From Perkinsela sp. CCAP 1560/9 (lineage: Eukaryota; Protista; Euglenozoa: Kinetoplastea), in assembly GCA_965644495.1 (NCBI GenBank), contig CBFFSA010000033.1:29013-93012 (forward strand): 64,000 nt of DNA, read 5' to 3'. A program made the translations under genes and the position numbers. Positions 10,588 through 21,158 of this stretch are shown one piece after another (positions within the stretch are counted from its first letter, which is position 1; every line of letters starts with the position of its first letter). The notes beneath the pieces are model-generated. The model saw only the letters and a program-made list of their open reading frames with translations. It ran no database searches and had not been told where the DNA came from.

Positions 10588-13500
10588 TTACATCACACAC
10601 TTTTCAATCTGTTTAATGTCAACTTCTTTACCCCGACTTATATGATCGGCCGGATTGTTCAACGTAGACACATATCTCGCCTCGACACAAATCCCACGTT
10701 TCTCAGTGTCTCGTATTATTTCTTTCAATTCCTTTGACACTCCTTCTGACGATAATCTCCTGTTCAACGCTGCCTTACAGGAGGTGTTATCCACGAAGAT
10801 ATCCAAGCACGTTCCTTTGGGGGAGTGCATAGCACGTTTGATTCGATAATCTCCTGTTCAACGCTGCCTTACAGGAGGTGTTATCCACGAAGATATCCAA
10901 GCACGTTCCTTTGGGGGAGTGCATAGCAAACTTTTTAATAGCTAAGCGGACCGCCATCGCTTCGGCCCGATTCACTTCATACTTAAAATTTTTCGGCCAT
11001 GCCTCACCAGTAATTAATACCTCCCCAGAATCAAGGTAAATGATGGCCCCCCATCCCTTCGCAGAAGCATCCGTGTATAACTTGTGGTGGTGAGGAACGG
11101 TGTCAGGATGAGGAGGCGGGGGTCGGGGAAGATTGCATATCAATTCATTTCGCCATTCGGTAAGTGTAGAACGAGTAACTACCGGAAGATCAACTGGCTT
11201 GTCGATCAAATACGGACAGCGATTTAATAAGTTGATCCTACGCTGCGCGACTTTCATCGCGAAATAAAAGCGTGGCATATTGAGCCGCAAGACTGCAGAT
11301 CCATACAGAAGACGCCCCACCGCCGCCTCAAGATCACGAAAAGACAATTTATGAAATTTGTCTTTTTGCAGTTTACTGACCACTCTCGGTCCCAGGCAGA
11401 CCGTATGAGTGTCGTGGTCGAAAGCCACCCCATTGAAAACATACTTCAAAGCAGGGGGCTGTCCGGCGTCTTTAAAGAGGCCGTTTGCTTTGGAACACCG
11501 CTCGTCAATAAAGCGAGCGTATTCAACGGCATCGTTCGCTGTCCCCGAAAAACGAACTCCGTCGACGTAAACGTCAGTGGCACCTCTGTGAAACGAGAAA
11601 CGCTCCTGACACACCGACCTCTCGCCGGCAATTGCGGCGGTAACAGTGTGCATGATTTCTGGTGCGCAGCGATGACCCATGGGAAGAACGTTCATCTCGA
11701 AAACTTCGCCCAATGTCGATCGAAATCTAAACTTGGGCCGTGCCTTCAAGGGAATACTAATTTGGTAAAAACCACAAGTGAAGTCGCGCTTCACTGCCAT
11801 AGCATCATGTGCTTTGTGTAGATATTTGGATGGGTGATACAGCGCAACTTCCGGTTCATAATTTAAAAGCCTGTTGTTGTCATCTCGTGTCCAGGATATA
11901 AACCTGCGGCGTTGATTACCTTCATCGTCGGTTTCAACCACTGTAAAGGGGATCATATATTGCATGGATGGTCTTTTGAGTAGGTCCTTCCCCGAAACCT
12001 TGCTTATAACGCCGGCGCCCTCAAGTAGACGTATGTCTTCCTCGGGCAAAGAACCACGTACCGAAGGCTCGGGGTACGGGCCTGTAGGAACCCATAAAAG
12101 TTCATTTAGTACCTTGCGAAAACGTGTGGCTGCCGCAGGATTTAACCATTCCTTCACTTTGTCCAATTTAATCACCGGGATTGACTTTTTCACATGGAGG
12201 GGTAGACTCATATCCTTCGGTCTAGCGAGCCGCGAGCTACGGCGGGCACATATAACGGAGTGCCTACGGAGATAGGGGACTTCGTGAAAACACTTTGTAA
12301 CATGAGAGGTTGTTAAAGTACCGGAAGGAGTGCAGACACTCGTTGTGTCCCGAGGGCCCGTGCCGTTGTAACGCTGTTTGCATTGTATCTGAGCAGTGAT
12401 TCTATGTTCTGGTGTTTTGTTAGGTTTTGAACCTCCTGCATGCGCAAATTTCCGAGAGAGATTTCGTGAAACAGATGAGTGATTGCCCCCCTTTTGATAG
12501 AGTGCGTCCCGTACCCCTGACCGAGTATTGATCGTATTTGATGGTCCATCTCGCGGACTGTCGTGTAACAGAGTCGTTGCCCGGGGTTCATGGTTTGGAT
12601 ATGCTGCGCGAGTTCTGGCGTTCCTGGCCCAGTTACAATGGCGTAAAGGTGTGGTCGAAAAGGGTTTAGGCGTGTGGTCTTTGTGCCCCTCCCCCAATAA
12701 ATTATCACTTCGCAGCTTGTTACACTCACGAACTGTTCTCTTCTTAAATCCGCGGTCTCGGTCCAACGCGCCGCTGCCTTCCAGCATAGGAGGCAACACA
12801 TGCTCTCCTTCGGATTCAAGTGTCGGCGTAGCTTTTGTAGAAGAATGGGGTTGACGGGCTGCATTTGGCGCGTGGGCTCTAGCCCCCCCTGTGCTTGCAG
12901 GGCCTTTATATATAGTTTTAAGGGAGTCGACTCTTCCCCCATTAACTGAAATAAAGTTCGCAAGCCTCCTGCGTAACCCATTCTCGTCGAGCTGGCTAGA
13001 GGCAGCGAATGTAGGAAGAGAACCGCGTTTGTGGAATTTGAAGGAACACCCTTTGCCGCGCAGTACTGCTGCATACGTAGCCAAATTCGCTCCCTGTTGG
13101 CCCATGTGGTCGTGGCCCACATCGGTTCGAGAGCGTCGCTCAGTTGTAGTGTGCGTGGGTCGTTCGGAGGAAGGCGAAGGATGGCTTGGAGAATGGCGTT
13201 GCGGTCTGCGGCGGGTTTTTCTCCTGCGGACTGGTTTAGTGCGCGTATGGGAAGGGACCGACTTCGCGGAGGACGAGTGGAAACAACATGAGGAAGGGGA
13301 GGATTGGAAGAAAGAGGGGGTCGAGGACGCCTCACCGGAGAGTCTCGTCGGGGTAAGCGCGTTTGTAAGGTTGGAGCGGTAGGAGCCCTTTGCCGCCTGA
13401 GGCAAGGGGCACGAGTAATAGGGGTGGGGGGCATTCCCTAGTGGGAACCCCGTGTTGCGCCGGCGTAACGGACGGCGCCGCCCGCCACCCCTCCGCGAAA

Positions 13501-13591
13501 ATCCTGATTCGTCGGATGGGAGGGACGAAACTGGTGCTGGGCCTGAGCCATCTGCGGGCAGTCCGCACGAATGTGGCCCGGCTGGTGACAC
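10588..13591 (-). pseudogene. RT/RNase H ORF whose long N-terminal extension overlaps the YR ORF; RNase H end frameshifted by an 85-bp duplication
   Basis: KRDFTCGFYQ, LPMG, YVDG, YTDAS..GWG, NNPADHISR; duplication 10750-10834/10844-10928 with 9-bp filler. Confidence 0.88.
12313..13434 (-). CDS. Tyrosine recombinase (373 aa), apparently intact
   Basis: ATG start; catalytic-type residues R (AARWTET), K (TKT), HSIKR, H (TKHQ), Y (LRYN). Confidence 0.9.
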   Translation of the reverse strand: MPPTPITRAPCLRRQRAPTAPTLQTRLPRRDSPVRRPRPPLSSNPPLPHVVSTRPPRSRSLPIRALNQSAGEKPAADRNAILQAILRLPPNDPRTLQLSDALEPMWATTTWANRERIWLRMQQYCAAKGVPSNSTNAVLFLHSLPLASSTRMGYAGGLRTLFQLMGEESTPLKLYIKALQAQGGLEPTRQMQPVNPILLQKLRRHLNPKESMCCLLCWKAAARWTETADLRREQFVSVTSCEVIIYWGRGTKTTRLNPFRPHLYAIVTGPGTPELAQHIQTMNPGQRLCYTTVREMDHQIRSILGQGYGTHSIKRGAITHLFHEISLGNLRMQEVQNLTKHQNIESLLRYNANSVTTARALGTQRVSALLPVL

Positions 13592-14742
13592 GAGAAGCAG
13601 AAAGGCCGACGACGGGAGGATCGAACTTGGGGACGACCTCGGAGTTGTTCGTCGAGAACGAGTTGCCCATAACGATCCTTCGGATCATCATCACGATGCA
13701 GTCGCTGTTGCACGCGTTCGACAGCAACACCCGCAGCGGCCCAGTAGAGATTGCGGAGTTCCTCGATTATGAGTTCTGCCACAGCAAGGTTATGTTTCTC
13801 CATCCAACCCTCCGTCAGGCGAGCAGCGTAGATCCATTCGATAAGGATCTTGAATAAACGGTCCCGCTGCGGTGGCGGGTTGAATCGAACCCCTAGCTGC
13901 GGCGCCTCCCGCAGCTCACGGATGAGGTCTCGGGGCTTGAACAAATCCTCCGTGTCGATCCACGGTTGCCACGTAACCGGGTCGTAGGGGGAGAAGCTTT
14001 TGGGGTCTGTAATACGTACTCGTTCAAAGGACGGGATTAAAGATTCCACCGGCTGCCCTCCAGGCATCTTTGCCCGAACACGGACGACCGTCAAATCGTG
14101 ATACGTAATGTCGGGATGGGGAAAGCGGTATGCCGTATTGACATCACCATCCCACTCAGCGACCAATTCTAAGGACACTGGGTCATTTGGGTGCTTCATG
14201 TAAACGTCGCCTATGACTGTCTGTCGAATGTCATCACCTGGTCGAGACCACACTGCCTCGACAGTGACCTGGTATTCTTTGCGAAGAAGATTAATTATCT
14301 TGGTTACAAATTCTTCCTTAGCAGTCTGAGTCAATATTCCACGCGCATTTTGGTTGGATCGAATAGCACGGTCTACATGGTCGAGATTAAGGTCTTCATA
14401 ACGCTGAGGGGAGCGGGAAGGCTCAACTTGGTCAGGGTTGAGCGTGCTCTGCCGCCGTGGGGGAACATCTCCCGAGTTCTGGGGGGCCGTTAGGGGGTCA
14501 GGGTAAGGGCTGGGGTAAGGAGAAGGGTGTACTGTGCGTCGGTTTCGGCCAGAATAGCGCAGCGAAGGAACCGCGAAAGAGTCTACTGGCGAAGCTGGAT
14601 CAGGACGAGGTGGTCGCCCAGCTGGACAAGACAAGGAACGGCGTTTGTCGGGGTCCAAAGGGGAGAGAGGACGTGTTCGCTTAGGGCTGCGGTCTCGCTC
14701 ATGTCCTGGGTTCGCCGGCACGCGAAGTCGCTGGGAACGCAT
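13438..14742 (-). CDS. gag: Gag-like protein (434 aa) with C-terminal CCHC knuckle
   Basis: First ATG after the SL is at 14742; CFSCHQPGHIRADC. Confidence 0.85.
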   Translation of the reverse strand: MRSQRLRVPANPGHERDRSPKRTRPLSPLDPDKRRSLSCPAGRPPRPDPASPVDSFAVPSLRYSGRNRRTVHPSPYPSPYPDPLTAPQNSGDVPPRRQSTLNPDQVEPSRSPQRYEDLNLDHVDRAIRSNQNARGILTQTAKEEFVTKIINLLRKEYQVTVEAVWSRPGDDIRQTVIGDVYMKHPNDPVSLELVAEWDGDVNTAYRFPHPDITYHDLTVVRVRAKMPGGQPVESLIPSFERVRITDPKSFSPYDPVTWQPWIDTEDLFKPRDLIRELREAPQLGVRFNPPPQRDRLFKILIEWIYAARLTEGWMEKHNLAVAELIIEELRNLYWAAAGVAVERVQQRLHRDDDPKDRYGQLVLDEQLRGRPQVRSSRRRPFCFSCHQPGHIRADCPQMAQAQHQFRPSHPTNQDFRGGVAGGAVRYAGATRGSH

Positions 14743-14771
14743 AAACAAAAAACGCGTAAAGGAAAAAGATT

Positions 14772-14808
14772 CAACAAGGTACAGAAACTGTATCTTTATC
14801 GTTAAAGA
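14772..14808 (-). other. Retroposed spliced-leader sequence inside the VIPER-like element
   Basis: TCTTTAACGATAAAGATACAGTTTCTGTACCTTGTTG joined to the same sequence that follows TTGTAG in repeat A. Confidence 0.9.
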
Positions 14809-15009
14809 CAAAAAAACGCGTAAAGGAAAAAGATTCTACAAGTAAGTAATCAGTAAATATGTAAATTTTCAGAATACATATTGTAGCTTTTATACATGAT
14901 TCAATTACAACCCCCTTTCGGGGAAAAGAACAATGAAAATTATAACCCCCTTCCGGGGCATTTGACCCGATATTAGCCCCTCGGTTAAATTTCCATGCGT
15001 AGACTTCTA
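14807..15009 (-). repeat. 5' terminal repeat A1 containing the trans-splice acceptor AG (14836-14837)
   Basis: Matches A2; minus strand reads TTACTTACTTGTAG|AATCTTTTTCC. Confidence 0.9.
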
Positions 15010-15342
15010 AAACTGTGCCGCTAGTGCGTTGTGGCGTGCGATTATACCATGCCCGCTTTTGCACCCCAGAGCGTGGTCACCCTCGGGATCTAGCGGTAAC
15101 GTGCATTTTTCCATAGGACAAGGCCGGGACGCTGGATAGATTGGGTCCCCTAGCCACCAGCGTGTGAGGGTGCGAAACTCCGTCGGTGTGAAAGCCAGAC
15201 CGGTTTTCTTGGAGGGGATCACAAAAGCCCATTCTGAGGCTCCTTCTCCTGTTTCTGATATCCATCTGGCCCGTGTGCGAAGGTCAGCTTTCGCAAATGC
15301 CTCGTGAAATTCCTGGTTGGCGATGGCGTGGCTAAGGTCGCG
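15010..15342 (-). pseudogene. Zinc-knuckle/RHN part of the REL element split by the VIPER-like insertion
   Basis: CPMEKC...DHALGC...ARHN; in frame with 9266-9790. Confidence 0.85.
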
Positions 15343-18300
15343 TTTTTTTTTTTTTTTTTTTTTTGATATTAACCTCGCTTCCCAAAGAAAGGGTCCTAAC
15401 AAAAGAAAGGGTCCTAATAGTTCACGTTTTGAAATTTAGCCGTAGAAACCAATTTGAACAAACTAATAATACTATAACATTCATTGTCGTTTTTTTTTTC
15501 CGTTCCTTTAGATATTATGTATATAATAATACATATAGGCATTGAAAAAAACGAAACTATGTTGATACATTTGGCTCAAATGCTGTACCTGCTGCTGCCT
15601 TCCGGGGATAAGTGGTTCCGCAACTGGGCGTACACTTCCGTCCCATTCAGTTCCTGAAGTAGGAGCTTGAACTCCATTTCAGTTGCTCGACGATTTAAGA
15701 GTGCCGCGTCGGATAGGACATGCAACAGAGATCTCGTATTTTGATGAAGAGAGCCGCAGGACAGCACTGGGATGCACTGAAATGCGAAGTCGGGAATTTT
15801 TCCGGATGTCACATATGTATCCCGTTTCCGCTTGATTGCATCTGTAAGAAGCTGGGAGCAAGATTTCGCTTGATTGGAGTTCGATAGCTCGTGCACCACA
15901 GTTAGATCATAAAATATTTCCCCGGTTGACCAATATATCACCAAATCAGGCCCTGAGCGAAACAGCTGACGTCCGGCACATGTTTTGTCATGAATCATTT
16001 TGTTGCTTGGAAACACTTTATTCTTGCAAATTCCGCATTGCCAAGTCGAAAAAGATCGCGGTTCTTTCTCGCATTGTATACCGGCCTTTTGTGCCAAATC
16101 GAAGATATACTTAACCAGCCGATTGTGCTTCATTGTGGCATTAAGCCCTGTACATTGGACGCATCCGGGGATGTGCTGCAAAGCTGTTTTGTTGTCGAGT
16201 AACATACGACAGCCGGGGCACAGCAGCGATTTCGGGAGTCGAGGATGAGGCATCCCAAGGCGTGTCATGATTGCAATCTGAAATGCACGCGTGGGTACAA
16301 ATTTAGCATTAGACTGTAACCAGTCATAGCTTCCTTTCCGTGTCGTGGCATTTAATATTGTGGCTAGCTTGGGATCGTGATCCTTTAAAGCCTCGTATGC
16401 TTTCTGGTGCAATTGCGCGGCTGTTGTTACTTCATCGATTGGGGCGACCACTGCTGTTTGACTCATTCCATTATCCATGATAGCGGATACGTTACTCACA
16501 TTGCCCGCCCGAGCAGAAATTGAGTTTTTGCGCTCTAGAGCTAGGTAACGAGAAGTTTCGTATGACGCCGCACGAATACTATGACATGATGTCAGACCGA
16601 GGCCTCCTTTCTTTAGCGGCAGCCGAGCCAATTCGATTTGCTCTTTGGTCATTTCTCCCAACCACTGGTGCAGCACTTTTTCGACGTTGTTGTCGAAACT
16701 GAGAGAGACCGCGTCGGTTAACGTTGGCTCGTGCACTCTTATGGCGTATTGATGCCTCACATTCATGCTTTTGGAAAGTAGCAAAAGTGAGACATTGTTG
16801 GCGCCCATAAGTTTTAATCGGCGAAAGGCTTCGGTATTCCTGACAAGCTGCTGAAACAAACCCGACTTTACAGATTCATCTTCTCCAAGGTGTGCCCCAA
16901 GGATCTTTATAGAATCGTACGCAGCCTTGACCCCTTCATTTGCAAGCTGTTCTGGAATCGGGATTTTTTCCTGTCCACCGAACCACACGCATTTTCCAGG
17001 AGCAAGTTCAATGTTGTGAGCATTCACCATTTCTTGGAGCCTTACAAATGCTTTGGCCAATGATTGTGAGTTTTTCGAAGCCATGTTCACGTCATCAATA
17101 AATGCATATATTTCGATGTCGGGAAACTCTTGTTTCAGAATCTCCAATAGTGGCTGCAGGAAGGCGCAGTAGTATAGAGATGCCAGCGGGGAACCTTGCC
17201 GGAAACCACATGTGCTGGGAATGACTCCGAATAGCGTTCCATCGGATCCGTAATACAGTAGCTCTGAGGGTTGGCCGTATTCAGCGTGAAAGATCCGTTG
17301 AAACGGGCGTAGTGTACCACAAGCAAATACGTGTTTGGCGATATCCGCCCTATTCGGGGAGTTGAAGGCGTTTTTGGCGTCAATGGAAAGAATGACGTGT
17401 CCAGACTTAAAACGCTCATGCAGTCTATGAACGATTTTTTCGCATCCTGCCTTTGACGAAACGCCGTGTTGCAGTGGTGCAAAAAGAGGGCCCAAAGTGT
17501 GTTCGTAGCGCTGGAGCAATATAACGCCGGCAAGCTTCATAAATATCTCGCCCATTGCCACTGGTCTGACTCCTCCGTTGGATTTAGGAATGGCTACGAG
17601 CCGTGCTCGGTTTAATCGAAACAAAACGCTGTGATCCACGAATCCGTTGATTAGATCCGATATCATATGGGCAAGATTAGTGCATGAGATCTCATCATCG
17701 AGCATGAGTTGCACAATCCCGTCTGTCATTCCAGTTGGGCCAGGGTTTACGCCTTTTGCGAGTCGCTTCCCTGCTTTCCGTAGCTCCTCCGTCATTATCC
17801 CGCTAATTATCGGCGCATCCTCCGGCAAAGAAATTTCGTATTGTCTTTGCGGATGTAAGGCGGCAAGCTTGTCAAGGGTCTCTTCATCCGTTAGTTGCTT
17901 TGGTGTAAAGGTCTGATCCAAGACCTTAGCCGCCTTGGAAGTACATCCATCCAATACTAGCCTTGTCGCTCGTTTGATGGCTCGTGTATCGCTCAGTGTC
18001 TCCTCTTTTCGCTCACCGTCATCGGGCTCCCGTAACGGGCGCCGTCTTCGCCTTTTTCCACTGTTTTCTCGAACAGTCGCTAGGGATAACTTAATGGCTG
18101 ATAGCAAACGGTGCCATATTTTTGTTCTTTGCGTGTGATCGGAATTTATATACTCCTGGACGATGTTCCTCAGCACCACGACAACACACGGAGCGAGGTC
18201 AGGGCTTATTGAACGTAGCGTGGGTATTGGTAACAAATCCACTGATGAATCATCTTTGGCTTTTTCTGGAAAGTTCATCTGATGATTCTCCAGAAACGCA

Positions 18301-19074
18301 TCCCTTTGCACAGTAGTATCGATCGCTGGCGGCGCTTGATGCCACGCTAGTTTATAGATCCGTACGTCCTCTTGTGGAGGTAAAACCCCGGAAAATTGTT
18401 CCCCAACTTTGTGACCAACAACGCCCCGATACGAGATAGATAACTTACCAAATCCTCCACGCTTACTATGTGTTCGAGTGACTTTGCCTATTGAGATGTT
18501 AAGCGCACCTTGTTTGTTAAATGTCCAGGCCACTGTACACATTGCGCCCGGTTTGATTTGCTTCGAATGCGTCCAAATCTCATCCGGCGAGGCCGGAAAT
18601 TGTGACTCGGGCGTTACATTCTTCATCAGGTCAAAGGATTTATTCTCCTCTGTGCTTGGGTCGATTCCGATAAACATGATCGCTGAATTTTTCTCGTTCT
18701 GTGACTTCGTTGCATTTGGCTCCCGCTCGGGTAATTCCGCATCGATTTTGGGACTTGATGGAGACCCCAACTGAGAGAGAAGCTGATCACGTTGGTTCGT
18801 TTTTTTCATGGGAGTTTCGGGAGTGTTGCACTCAAAAAACTGACGTGGCTCATCTGACGGGGAAGACGGCTCTTCAGAAAAAACATCAAAATTGTGAACG
18901 TCGTGCACGTAACCATTACCGATCCATCTGTATCCTTCAAATCGAGGGTCTTTGGGATCTGGATGCATCTCGATGTTGGTTTCATTGGCGTCATTTGCTA
19001 CCGTCGGCGGAGTATTCGTGTTCACTTGAGAATTCCCGTGATGTGATTTATGACATGTAACCGCTGTTCCATTT
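15343..19074 (-). mobile_element. CRE-like RT-REL element, 5'-truncated, with poly(A) tail
   Basis: Poly(T) 15343-15364; 3' UTR with two 18-mer units (15380-15418); long open ORF. Confidence 0.92.
15576..19074 (-). CDS. RT-REL polyprotein (~1165 codons, open, true start uncertain)
   Basis: IDAKNAFN, GFRQGSPLA, AFIDDV, CPGC..HIPGCVQC, KHN, SGPD..YD. Confidence 0.88.
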
Positions 19075-20325
19075 GTGAGAGTACACCACCCCATAGTCTC
19101 CGAAAATCTAGCTAAACTATTCGATCACGAGGTAGAAGAGGTGTTGAATTCGTGGTTTGGAACGCTATCTCAGGATCAGATAACTCAGTTACGTTTACCG
19201 GTTAAGAAAGGCGGGCTGGGCCTGACGGCTTGTCTCCCAATTCGGTGTGCAGCCTTTGAGTCCTCTTGGTATTCAGTTTTCGAGCGCCCAATTAATCTTT
19301 CAGCTCAAGTCGAACACCAAGGAGACCAGACGCACGCCATTTTGCAGTCCGACACCGACACCAGCGTGCCAACAGCAACAACCGACACCAGCGTTCCTAT
19401 CGACGAAGATACGGCGGCGGCAGCTCTTCACACGAAAGCGTGGGACCTTTTGTCTTCTTCGAAGTCAGACTCGGTTGCCATCTTACAAGCAGTCTCATAT
19501 AAGGGCAACGCAGAATGGGTCATGTCTAATGCTAAGTTTGTTCCCTCGCGCCTTTTTTCGCTTGCTTTAATGCCGCGACTCGGAATCGCGCATCCTCTAC
19601 TGCCAAAACAGTTGCTCTGCCCCGGGTGCCGGATTCTGCTAGATTCGAAAGCCATGCTCGCGCACATACCTGGCTGTTCGAAATGCCCCGGTCTCAACGC
19701 CACAGCGAAGCATAACTCTTTAGTAAATTTTCTCTACGAGTTGTGTTTAAAAGCTGGGATTCCCTGCGAAAAAGAGCCGCGTAATTTCGCAACGTTTTCG
19801 TGCACACAATGCAACGAAAAAGTGGATCCTGATTACAGACGGACGCATGGAAAAGTTTGCGGAGGCCGTTCTTTCCGCAGATCGGGTCCCGATCTTGTAG
19901 TTTTTTGGAATTCCGGCGAGATATTCTATGATTTCACCGTGATTCACGAGTTAGCGCCCTCTAATCTCGGAACAAAATGTGGCAAACTTTTTCGCGACGC
20001 GATCAAACGTAAACAAGACACCTATGTTCGCTCGGGTTTGATATCAGAGGAAACGTTTCGGTGCGTGCCAGTGCTGTCAGGCGGGTCTCTACACGAAAAT
20101 ACGAAATCTCTTCTCAACGCCCTAGCAGACGCTTGTTGCCTGCCTCGAAAACAGACGCAGATGGAGTTTCAACTCTGTCTTCAAGAGTTGAATGGAGCTG
20201 TTGTATATTCGCAGCTGAGATCCTTTCTTGAGAAGGACAAACGGGGTACAGACTATGCGATATGAAGGAACAATGGCAGGAATGTGTTTCGTTTTTTTTT
20301 GTTTTTGTTTTGATTTGAATAGATT
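19075..20325 (+). mobile_element. 5'-truncated CRE-like fragment (RT thumb plus REL, stop at 20265)
   Basis: LPVKKGGLGL, CPGC..HIPGCSKC, KHN, SGPDL..YDF. Confidence 0.88.
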
Positions 20326-20339
20326 GTAGGGTGTAGCGC

Positions 20340-20540
20340 CAAATTTGTAGTCGGAAGTCAACGTCCATGCTTACGTCGACGACGTTAATCTCGCATACGC
20401 ATCTTTCCGCCATTGTATTGCTTTATCGCATCAAGGCAAAAAGGCCCCCCAACTCATGCGTGACGCGATCTCCCGCAAGCAAAACACCTATGTCGCATCA
20501 GGTTTGATCGAATCAGGACAATTCGAATGCATACCGATGC
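20340..20540 (+). pseudogene. Two short CRE-like shards (HAYVDDVNLA; QLMRDAISRKQNTYV...FECIPM)
   Basis: Translations match the RT core and REL C-terminus of neighbouring elements. Confidence 0.7.
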
Positions 20541-21158
20541 CATTTGTCGATTCCGCTGTCACGTTCTGGATCCTTATCCGAGTTGAATCATCCTCGTTTC
20601 GCAGTTTCACTGGTGATGGACTGTGGCTGCGATTAGGAAGTTGAGGCAGCTGAATGCTTTGCTGACTGCTTGCAATCGATGTCAAAGTTGAGACAGCTGC
20701 GCCGCACGTTTTCGCTGCCATGCCGCACGATTTCGTGATAATGGAACTCCATCCATTTACTTGATACAGAGTTTTGCTAATAGGAGAAGATTGGACTATG
20801 CGCGGTGCTACCGAGGCGTTCTTTCGCTGAGCTTCTCGTTTTTCTTTCTGCATGCGTGTCCACAAATCGTTGAACGTTTGCCTCCGAATGTTTGACTTTG
20901 AAATTGTAATTTTCATGGTTTTCTGAGACCTGATGTTTGGTGATTCTGATGCGACGTTTGGCGTAACGTTTGTCGACGAGAGCGATGGTGGAAATTCTGA
21001 ATCTTTTCGTGAAACCGCAACTGGTATTGTTCTTTGTGGCGTGACCATCTCGTGAGCCTTGCGGTGCGAGAATCCTTTAGGCGGTTTTTTTTTTTTTTTT
21101 TTTTTTTGAAACATATAAGTAACAAACAAATATAAGCAAATACCTATGACTAATATAA

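Larger units (their letters stand above)
9791..15009 (-). mobile_element. Complete VIPER-like tyrosine-recombinase retrotransposon with split direct repeats A1-gag-YR-RT/RH-B1-A2-B2, no TSD
   Basis: A1 14807-15009 = A2 10043-10245 (203 bp); B1 10246-10474 = B2 9791-10019 (229 bp); removing it restores the host REL frame exactly. Confidence 0.95.
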
